Below are positions 22,794-32,895 of a DNA stretch of 32,895 nt, in pieces. Source of the stretch: Albugo candida (taxonomy: Eukaryota); assembly GCA_040437565.1 (NCBI GenBank), contig JBDOQK010000046.1, forward strand, positions 248,001 to 280,895, in the 5' to 3' direction. The notes under the pieces were generated by a model. It ran no database searches and was not told the DNA's origin. It was given only the letters and a program-made list of their open reading frames with translations. Numbering within the stretch: the stretch's first letter is position 1; each line of letters starts with the position of its first letter. The position numbers and the translations under genes were made by a program.

Positions 22794-25700
22794 CTTACGT
22801 TCGACGCAATATTTTCGCTGTTCGCTTGATGAATCAAATCTTGGAATTGCTTCGTCGAAATGGTTTCGTCAAGAAATCCGCAACTTGATTTTTTAACTCA
22901 ATGTACTCAATCTGTAATTTTTCATCCTTCAAATGATCACGAATAGACTGATATCGAACATGAATATGTTACTCGTTTTATTTCTCGCTAAAGAAATTTC
23001 GCTTTGATTGTCCTGAGATATAGTTACTTGTTGGCCAGCCTTTGCCTTCAACTCAGATAGCAAATTCTTGAGCATATCACTTCTTGTATACAGAGTGACA
23101 GTGCAGTGTACTCTGCTGTAGCCGTACTAAGCTCTCCTCTGTGTTAAATTTTTTGATTTAAAGATCACTGGAGCATCGCTTATCATGACCATCAGGTTAC
23201 AGATCTGTTTTCTGCGTCACTATACGCATATACCTTCAAAAACTTTCCGCCACGTTTTCAAGTAATCCCATATCACGTGCTGACTTGAAGCACTGCAGGA
23301 CTCTTCTCGCTGCTTTCCAGTGATATTTACATGGTTGGTCGAACTGTAGATCAAGATGACCGACTGAAAAGGCAATATCCGGTCTTTTGCCAATTGAAAG
23401 GTAGAGGAATGATCCTACTAGTGAGCAATAAGGACGAAACTACATCCTTGAGTTTTCTTCTTCAATTTTTGATAAAAGTGAAACCTTGGACATTTGGATT
23501 GCAAACTTGCTTTGCGTCAATTTGGTTGCACTTTTCGACCAATTTATGTATGCTGGGTACTTGATATATTTTCATGAAACGTTTCGTTTGATCAGAGTCG
23601 AATTCTATCCCAGCATATATTTGACCTTTTCGAGTGCTTTCAGCTTGAAATGATTGCTTAGTCTGCCGGAAATCCCATTCATTTCTTCTAATGTCCCCAC
23701 TCCAATTCACATGTCATCAACATATAATGCGATATACACCAGCGAGTCTCCTCTTTGTCGAAGAAATATATGAGCCTATTGTACAGTACAGTGCTGGAAT
23801 TCCACTTCCAATAGCAATTTCGATATTGTTTTGAACCAAGTTGATAATGCTTTCTTCAAACCATAATACAGACTTCTCTTTAGATGAATGAACTCATCAG
23901 CCTGAGCCTGGACACCTTTCGGTGGGTAAATGTATACGTCTTCCTGCAGATATCCATCAAAAAAGCGGTATCAACATAATATTGCTAAATGTGAGAGCTT
24001 TCGTGACAGCAAGCCGATAAGTAAAAACGAATAGAGTTTATATTTGCGAATGGTGCATATGTGTCTATAATCATCTCCATATCTTTGTCAACATCCTGAA
24101 GCAACGAGTTTGGCTTTGTACTATTGAATTTAACCAACTTCATTTCGCTTCAAAATAGATCACCATTCCGTCACAATGACCTGTATAGTCGGTTTCTGCT
24201 TTGTAAGAGCTATGTATTCTCTTCTTCAAGCGCTTGCAATTCTTGATGAATGACAATTTTTCATTTATCTGAATTTGGAGATCTCATTGCATCTTTTTAC
24301 GTTGTTAGTATGTCTAACGCAGCATTAGGGTGCTCTTTTTCGATTCGAAGACGTTTCTGTGGTCGCTTTTGTCCCGAACGGTAGTATCTGATATTTCGTA
24401 CATAATGATTGAGCTGGACTGTTCGCTGTGAAGTAGCTTGCTGGATCCAGAGGGTATAAATATTAAAGAGCCATGAGAACCATCTAACCAACCCCTGGGT
24501 AAGAGCTCCGTATCATTATTGATGTCCATGTTGAAGTAACCTTCGCTGGAATTAGCTTCTTGGTTTCCAGAATCTTCATCAATCTCCATAGCGTTATCAA
24601 TTTTAAGTCAGGTTAGAATTGACATTTCTGCTTCATCATCAATTTCGTTTGCTTTGGACTTTAAATTGCTCCACAGATTGATATCGGCGTAAATATTGGA
24701 TATATTTCGATGGCTGAATGTCTTGAAGAGTAGCTGAACGCGTAGTTTACAAACGATGAGATTCCAAATTCTACAGACGATATTCTTCATTTTCTCAATA
24801 GCCCAATTACATGTATTTGTAGGCCTTCTTGTTAAATTTGGATATTTTTGACTTGCCGATATGCGCATAACCACCAGCTTCGGAAAATTTCAAATGTAAA
24901 ATTCTTGGCTGATAACCACAACACACTTCAAATGGTGTTTTATATTGCTTTGCTGCTGCACATGTTACTATGTTTTTTATGTAGACAGCAGTACTCATAG
25001 CTTCTGCCTACAAGTCTCCTTCCACCATCTTGCTCTTTTCGTATAGTTCGATTCATTCTCTCTGCAAGACCATTCTGTTGCGATGGATATGGAAGTGTAG
25101 TCTGGTGTACCATTCTCGCCTTATTGCTTAGACTTACAATTCTAATTGATTTATTCCCCAGCATTATCGGTAAGCAAGCACTTAATCTTTTTTCCTTGTT
25201 GTGTGCCGGCTAGAGCGTTAAATTTAATGAGCAACTACACACTTACTTCTTCGTCGAGATGAAATAGGAATGGAAAAGGCTTGAAAAAGCGGCGATGAAA
25301 GTGATCGTGCATTTTGCACCATCCTGAGAGTTTTCTTGTACCGGCGGAACAACATCGCTGTGTACCAATTCAATAAGCGATTTTGTTTTCCCCTTCCCAT
25401 ATACAGATGATTGAAATGGCTGAACCGAAGACTTCCCATTCATGCAGCCTTCAAATAATTCGGGATTTACACAATCTGATGCTGATGTAGATTTCACATT
25501 AGAACCTTTCGAGAAACGCTTATTGTTTTCCTGATAAATATCCTAACGTCGCGTGACTTCTTCACTAAGATTCGCAACATCGAATGCATAAAATTCTAGT
25601 CCAAAAGGTTTCCTTTTCGTTGCATCCGTACTATGATTTCACCACAACTTTTGCTTTCACAAGTCATTTCGCCAAAAGGCTTTTTTGCCATACCAGAGAC

Positions 25701-26570
25701 GGAGCGAACATTTTGATCGAGACCGAGGATGTACAAAACATTTTCAAACCTGATTTTTTGCTGTTCTTCAGTCGCGCATGAAGTTACCGACTCCTACTAC
25801 ATCCACCTTGATACCATTGGCAACTAAATTTCGAAATTCTTTTTCTAATGCTTGTAAGTTCAAAAGCTCCTATTTTTTTGGACACATGTGGCTATTCGTT
25901 CCGCTGTTCCAGGTTTCAGTTTATGTGTCACTTTAGAAAGCCACGAATGCGTGAGCTTCTTCACTTTTCTCTTTGGTTACTTTCCAACGATGTTCCTTTT
26001 TGGGCCCATATTTGTTACATCGGGAACACTTTCCCTGGAAATTTGCTGCTTGTTGGGTACACTTTTTTGCTCGCCCTTTCCTTGGTCGGTTGTTGGAGGA
26101 TCTTCAGTACAAATTCATCTAATTAATTTCGATTGATACTCTCGAATTCGCGAAATTGCATTTTTTTACTCGAGACAAGTCCATGGCAGGTATTTTCTTC
26201 ATGATCTTGATATTCTGATCGAAATTGTAGGGCATACTCCCGAGAATAAACACAGCTTCTCGTCCAAGTCGGCGGCAGCTCTGATTGCTTGCAATAAAAT
26301 AGATGACTCAGCCAATCTGAGAAAATGATTCATCACAAACTCGCCTTTGCTCATCTTGAATTCATGTAGTTCCCGTTTTTTTCTCGAATCTTTTTTCCAA
26401 TGAGCGTCTCAGTGAAAAGTTTATTGCTATTCCCCACGCTTGAGCAGTTATTTATGCTGATCTAACCATGGAAGGATGATCGGGACTAATCATGGTTGAG
26501 ATTAGCCCGAGTGCCCTCATATCGTTGACCTTGCAATTCGAAGCAGAGATAGCAACTCGTTAGAGATTTT
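22571..26570 (-). mobile_element. Degenerate Ty1/Copia retrotransposon 1 (5' LTR and gag start missing)
   Basis: On the minus strand: gag KVNDMRALGLI, knuckle KCSRCNKYG, protease-like NSGTNSHMC, integrase LVHSDV and SQQNGLAERMNRTI, RT, then RNase H ending VADFLTKP. Integrase precedes RT, which is Copia order. Confidence 0.9.
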
Positions 26571-26802
26571 TGCTGAGTAGTGTTGAGTAGGGGGAGATAT
26601 GGAAAATGAATACATTAGGATCCTTAGTTGCTGTTAGTAGTCGAAGCCCTAGGGTTCACGGAGTTGATGTTAACTTCGCTCTTTTATTCTTGATTGGTGG
26701 AATATGATGCCCTGTCTTTGCATTGTTTCTTGACGACGACTATCTGCATCCGATTGACGGAACCACTTTCCTATCATATGATTGGCTGTTGTCATCGCAA
26801 CA
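26571..26802 (-). repeat. 3' LTR of Copia 2
   Basis: TG...CA termini, adjacent to the PPT. It aligns end to end with 31766-31995, roughly 70-75% identical by eye. Confidence 0.88.
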
Positions 26803-27483
26803 CTCCCCCTCGACATATAATTCCTTACATTGGACTTCGTCAGAAGGAATTGTTGTGTCGGAATAGATTTTGATAGGAAATCGTCCAATGTATCTTTTGA
26901 TTTGATGTACCTGATTTCTGTCTTGCCTTGTTGGATTTTTCTCGAATAAATTGATAGCGTATGTCTATGTGCTTCGCATGACTCTAATATCTATTATTCA
27001 GTGCAATTACTATTGTACTCTTGTTGTCCTGGTACACAATACTTTTCGCTGAATCGCGGACACCAATCTCTGATAATGCATTCATTGTCCATAAAATCTC
27101 CGATACACATATCGATAGAGCGATACACTCTGCTTCAGCTACGCTTGATGTTACACTTTGTTGTGATTTCGATTGGGAGATGGCTGACCATAGATTTAGC
27201 ATAACCATAGAATCAGACGTCAATTTTCTGCTGTAGTTGTTGTTGGTACAGTCCGCATCGCAGTACGAAGTAAGTTGTATTTGACCCTTTTTTTGTGCTC
27301 CAAAACATAATGCTTTTGATACTTTTGACTTCAATTATCGAAGAACTCTTATTGCTGCGCCCCGATGTTTCTCGCCAGGTTATTCGAGATGGCGATTGAG
27401 TTGACCCACTGCAAATAAATTTTCATTCATTGTATCGTTAGCTATACACAAGACTGATTCCACCAAGGATTTGTAATGTCTGT

Positions 27484-27687
27484 TGATCATTCTTGAATCT
27501 TTCTTTTCGATTTTGGTAAGATATTTTCCTTGAAGNNNNNNNNNNNNNNNNNNNNNNNNNNNNNNNNNNNNNNNNNNNNNNNNNNNNNNNNNNNNNNNNN
27601 NNNNNNNNNNNNNNNNNNNNNNNNNNNNNNNNNNNTGATCATTCTTGAATCTTTCTTTTCGATTTTGGTAAGATATTTTCCTTGAAG
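27484..27687. other. Assembly gap (27536-27635) with duplicated 52-bp flanks
   Basis: 27484-27535 is identical to 27636-27687. Confidence 0.9.
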
Positions 27688-28483
27688 ACAAGGATTAACA
27701 AATTCTTTAGCTTTGACATTATTGTATATCTCAATCATACCGTATATGCTTGCTTTCTGGCTGATATGCATAGTTCTTTCTAGTCGAGTATAGTTCACTT
27801 CGATACCAAACGCGAACCGAGCATTTCCAAGATTGTATAATTTTAAATGGCCCGATAATTCACCAATATATTTCTCAATGCTGTTCTCGTACGATGATCT
27901 AATGGGTAAATCATCGACGTACAGTGTGACCAGTAAGAACGTCTTACTTTGTCGCTGAAAAAAGGTACGAGAATCTATCTAGCATTGAGTAAATTTCATC
28001 CCGATAAAGACCTCTGAGATAGTCTTGTATCATGTAGAAGCAGCTTGCTTCAATCCATAAAGACTTCGATTTAATCCAAGAATTTGATTCTTACGAATAG
28101 TGTGTCCTTTGGGAGGATACACATACATATCTTCGTTGTGAGTACCATTTAAGAATGCTTTTTCCACATCAAACTGATGAACATAAGATCCAATGTAACA
28201 GCAGTACGCTAAAAGTACTTGAAGCAATTCATATTGGCCACTGGTGGGAACGTTATCATGTAATTTATACCATACTTCTGTCTATATCCAAGTGCAACAA
28301 TTCGAGCTATATATCTTTCTATTTCACCGTGTTCATTTCTTCTGATTGCAACACCCATTTTGTACCGATGAATTCTTCATTGGACATCGATTAACACAAG
28401 TCCAAACCTGTTTTTCATTCAGTGCTATTAGCTCATTTAAGATTGCCTGTTACCAGAATTCAGCCTCTAATTGCTTTATCAGA

Positions 28484-30035
28484 TGAAGGTGTCTATAATA
28501 CTAGAATTAGACTTACTACCTTCTCTAGTTGCCTGGGCAATTTTGAATAACAAATATACATATAAAAAAGTTTTGCAAAATACCTGCGGGAGATGATAAA
28601 ATGGCCCTCGTTGCTAGTCCTGCAGTGCGGTAGCGCCCGCCACTACAGTACGAGAGTGTATCCATCGTGTAACGGATAAATACTGTAAAAATTTGTGAAA
28701 AAATGGTCCAAAACTACCGTGTGTTGTGAAAGAGTCCAAAAGTACCGTGAGCTGTGAAACGGTCGAGCGTACCGTGTGTTGTAAATGGTTCAAAACAACG
28801 TGTTGTGCGAATTGGTGTGCGCCACACTATGGTGAGCATAACCAGCCAACTTGAACTAGGATTCGAGTTGCACTTGCATTTGTACTTGTCTGTGTAGTAT
28901 CCGCAGCAATGATCGTCGGCTTCTGAAAAATCCACCGAAAATGATCCTTGCGTTGCGAAATGATCAAGCACCTTTGCGAGTCGAATGCGTTCGTCTTGGT
29001 CATAAGACTTTCTTCTAGAATACCGAACGTGCGCACTAAATGTGGTGTAGATCACGAAATGTGCTGGACCTGTCGGAGTTGCTGGTCTCTCATTGCACAA
29101 ACGACGATTCCGATCTGTCCAGACGAAGTGCAGTGTCACCGCTTGCAATGCAAGCCATAAATCTGATATAATATGCTGATATTTTTTTATGTCGGCCGTA
29201 ATGCTGGAACAAGTGCACATGCGATATGCGTCCAACGTGGTCTAGAGGAGAAAAACTCATCTCAACTAGGGAGTAACTCCCTCCATAACTTTTCCATGTG
29301 ATCGCACTTTAGAAAGAGATGTTGATCGGATTCCACTGCCCCACACGAAGGCTACGTGAACAATGTAATGTCGGGCTGAATATACTTTAAGAACCAGAAA
29401 CGAGGTCGAACTGGCAACATTTAAGAAGCTAGATGAAACTGTAAATCTTCGAAAACCGATAATACACGTTTCCGAAGATGTCGTGATGTAGCCAGAAATG
29501 TTTTCACTCGTTCTGAATCCAGTTCGTCCGATCCCTCCCGTGATGAGCAATGTGTCGACATCGGATGACTCTTGGTTGGTTCGGGAGGTTTCCAGACGAT
29601 TTGTGGGCGTGGAATAGATGGAAAATAATGTTTTCGTTCCTTGCTTTTTACTCCCACATAAAATGATCTGCCACTTGTGGTTGGTGTAATCCAAGTGATC
29701 AGACCAATCGTCGAGTGGATACGCTGGAGAATCTGAATAACTTCCTTGTAAAGTCGACTTAGCAACTTTTATTCAGCCATATCCGATGTGTTAAGCTCTT
29801 CGTCGTTGTAATAGCTGGCAACGAAATCTTCCTTCGTTGGCCATATGTCGCTTTCCCAAAAAAAGTCGTGAAGACTGCGAATCTCAAAAAGCGTAGCAAA
29901 CGATTTCCGAAATGTTCGATGTGGTTCGTCTAATATGCCAAGATTGGACCAAACGTCTGCGAACTCGGATGACGAGTAGCAACTTCCTAATGTAACTTTT
30001 GGTCCCAGTGGAACCACATCGATTGCTCCATATAG
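28484..30035 (-). mobile_element. 5'-truncated L1/Tx1-like non-LTR retrotransposon fragment with ~400-bp 3' region, inserted in Copia 2
   Basis: ORF2 C-terminus with zf-RVT-like LPVRPRFWFL...PSCGAVESDQHLF, followed by LHFVWTDRNRRL (the W..RN motif). The Copia reading frame resumes on both sides. Flanks show a degenerate duplication, TATGATGGAGCAATCAGA and TCTGATAAAGCAATTAGA. Confidence 0.75.
28693..28810 (-). repeat. ~27-28-bp tandem repeat, about 4 copies
   Basis: Minus-strand units: ttttgaaccatttacaacacacggtac, gctcgaccgtttcacagctcacggtac, ttttggactctttcacaacacacggtag, ttttggaccattttttcacaa. Confidence 0.8.
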
Positions 30036-31765
30036 TCTGATTGCTCCATCATATGCTGTAAGTTATTCTAATGCTGCATTTGCATGGTCATATTCAATCC
30101 TGTATCATTTACACGGACGATCTCTTTTAGGTACTAGTGCCGTAGACTGCTCGTAAGGAACTATTTCTTAGTAGTTTTCACTGAATTGTAGCGTAGCATT
30201 CGCCCTATATGGGGCAAAACTTGGTGACCCATTTGCACCATTTAATCTCTTCCTAGGTACAATGCTTCTTTCATCCTCGGATTCTTCCATTCCGGTATCA
30301 CGATCTCCTGAATCGTGAGTCTGTATATAAGTGTCCATCAGTACTCCGTATCATTATTCCACTCGTAAGACGTGATTTTATTGCTGTCAGAATCTTCGCT
30401 AACTTGTTCATTTAAAGACTATCTTCATGACGTATGTCTTCAACATTTGAGTGCGGCTTCCCATCAAACTTTGCCGAACGTGACAGCTCAAGTTGCTTAG
30501 ATTTTTGGTCATATATACGATAACCTTTGATTTCTTTTTCAATACGACTTCCTTCTTCTTTGACTTTGTAACCTCTCCCGCAATGTTTAGCTTTGGCCAT
30601 CCTTTTTTCGAATATATGATCCAATCGTGCGTGCCATATTGCTTCATCTGCTCCTCAGTTGAGTTGTTCTGCACCGATAAGAGCATTCACGCTTACTATT
30701 CCATATGATACAAATAATACTCCACTGCGTTTTTCAATAGTAATTATGTTCGACGCTTCACTACTGATTTCACATTTGGACTTTTCTGTTCATTGCGGCC
30801 TCAGAGAAAAGTAGTTTATCAAGTTCCGAAACATAAAGAACATCTTCTATTCGTATATTTTCTCCATTGGAAAGTATCATATGGACATTGCCGATACCAC
30901 ATGCTTCCAACTTCCCTCTATTTGCAATCGATATGCTAAGCTAGACGCGCTACATCCAATATCCACTCACACTGATCATCTTCATAGAACGAAAGAGCGT
31001 GTTCGCTTTTATTTTCTATGGCGATTAATGTCCGACTTTGTTGCATGGAAACATTTCGAATCAACTTTCTTCCTAAATGATTGAATTCTTTCGAAAGAAA
31101 TAGGGACTCTTTTCCTTCTGTCGAGTTACTTCAGCGCAACCTCGGTTGCCTCCTTCTCATCATGATTTCGCAGTATCTACGAATCATCTCTTTAGCTTGG
31201 AAAATGTTGATTCCATGATTATTTTATAAACCTCATCGTAGTCTTCTGATAGACCTTCAAGTAAGTATACAAATTTTTCATCGTGATTCATGTCACTCCT
31301 CAACGCTCCCATTGATAAGCGCATTTCCTTAAAGTTCTGAAAATAAATCATGACAATTCCACCCTTTTCAAGTCTAAGTTCGTTACGCTCTTTCTTCTTC
31401 TGCATTCGATTGTGTATACCTCTACTTAAATGAGAATTGTGCCATATCTACCCTACTTCTCAAGCAGTCCCCGCATTTTTATTAGCGATTGTATGCTAAC
31501 ACTCATTGACATCGATATAACTGCAAATGCTCTCATGCCCATGACTATTCAAGTCTCGTATCCAGGATGATCCATTGCTGGTATTTTGATAAGTTAAAAC
31601 GATCTATCAGTCCCTTTCTCACTAACCCCAGCCGTATGTTGAACTCCCAGGTTAAGAAATTATTTTTCACCAACATAATATTATGAAAACCGTTTTCTTT
31701 AGTCGCGGTTGGTCAAAAAGTTGTTGATCTTCCAGAGGAGATTGAGGGAGCTTGGCGCTATAATC

Positions 31766-31995
31766 TGTTGAGTAGTGCTGCGCAGGTGTAAAAATGGAAG
31801 GTGAATATATTAGGTCCATAGTTGTTTTACTATTCTAAGCACTAGACTTTACGGGTTTGCCAATAGCTTCGCTATTTCAGTCTTGATTTGCGGAATGTGA
31901 TGCAGAGTCTTTACATTGTTTCTTGCCCACGAGTATCAGCATTCGATTGGCCGAACGAATGACCTATCATATGCTTGGCTTTTGCCAACGCATCA
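31766..31995 (-). repeat. 5' LTR of Copia 2
   Basis: Homologous to 26571-26802. It is followed on the minus strand by the PBS-like GATTATAGCGCCAAG and then gag. Confidence 0.88.
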
Positions 31996-32895
31996 ACTTG
32001 CGCCCAATCATGATTTACGAACTTTAAAGTTCGACCTTGTTCCGATAAAACAAAGCGCTCTGTCAAAAAACGATACCTAGGAAACGTTGATTCATTTCTA
32101 TGCCTCGCTGACAGATTATTCGAGGATATGAGAAAGTTCAGTTTTATCGAGCATTGATACCTCACATCACGAAATGGTGGTTCCGTCAATATGATCGTGT
32201 CAAGAAAGAACGATACAACCACTTTCGAGGGTGTAATTATAGTGCTGCGTTTAGAACCGAAAACAAAGTGTATGCTAATTGCGGTTCGGAGCTCACCCAA
32301 GTGAAGTCTTGTGTGTTCAGGAGTCCATCAAATTGATGAAATGCTTAACTTAATCTGACTGTTACACTTAAAATACTCGAAAACAGGTCGACATTTGGTG
32401 TATGATTGCGTTAAATCATGATGTAAGGACTTTTGAGTTCGAAGTTGTTTTAGAAAAACAGAAGAAGCACGCTGTCGGAAAGCGATACCTAGGACACGTT
32501 GATCATGTTCTTTTCCTTGATGAAAGACTATTTGACGATAGGCGAAAGTCCATTTGTATTTGAGTGTGGATACCTCACATCATGGAATGGTGATTCTGGC
32601 ACTATCAACCTGTCCGCGACGAAACAACAAGCCCTCCTTACGATGTAATATAAGGGTTACGTTAAGAACAGAAAAGAAGTGGATCCTAATTGCGTTCGGA
32701 GCTCACCCCAGCGAAGGATTGTGTGTTCAGAAGTTCATCAATTTGATGAAATGTCTAAACTTGATCTGAGTGTTACACTTGATATACTCAAAAACACGTC
32801 AAATCTTGATGAATGAATTTGCGTTCAATCATGATTTACGGACTTTTGATTTCGAAGATGTTTTAGAAAAATTGAAGAAGCACTCTGTCGGAAAA
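31996..32895 (+). repeat. ~412-bp diverged tandem repeat (at least 2.2 copies, runs off the window), probably a decayed protein-coding repeat
   Basis: CGATACCTAGG occurs at 32071 and 32483. GATACCTCACATCA, TTCGGAGCTCACCC and AATCATGAT recur at the same period. Confidence 0.88.

Larger units (their letters stand above)
26571..31995 (-). mobile_element. Degenerate Ty1/Copia retrotransposon 2 with both LTRs; interrupted by a LINE-like insertion
   Basis: Paired LTRs with PPT GAGGGGGAG (26803-26811). Domains: gag YLLEGLSEDYD, partially deleted protease/integrase, RT (ARIVALGYRQ, HQFDVEKAFLNG, LNRSLYGLKQA, LYVDDL) and RNase H (YCDAD, YQDNKS, DFLSK). Confidence 0.92.

Noticed and set aside
28693..28810. 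CRISPR-like array
   Set aside because: The units are contiguous and degenerate with no unique spacers or cas genes, and the context is eukaryotic.
31911..32300. 129-aa minus-strand ORF
   Set aside because: It crosses from the tandem repeat into an LTR and is antisense to the conserved plus-strand register.

Overview
Eukaryotic scaffold, roughly 40% GC by eye. It is most likely an oomycete (Albugo-like), inferred from the short introns and transposon styles; this is not proven. It has six 100-N gaps. The left part (1-8000) holds three head-to-tail, minus-strand, heavily decayed genes resembling paralogous secreted Cys-motif, effector-like proteins. One intact gene follows (8218-11694, minus, two short introns) whose C-terminus matches Integrator subunit 5 (INTS5). 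From about 12970 onward the window is a nest of dead transposons. These are a MULE with TIRs and a 9-bp TSD, a chromodomain Ty3/Gypsy relic, a 243-bp tRNA-derived SINE with a perfect 18-bp TSD, two further MULE relics and two Ty1/Copia relics. An L1/Tx1-like LINE fragment with an unusual tail-less 3' end sits inside one Copia. The window ends in a decayed ~412-bp tandem repeat that appears to have encoded a ~137-aa repeat unit I do not recognise. I found no convincing intact novel multi-gene system. All identifications come from manual reading, not database searches.
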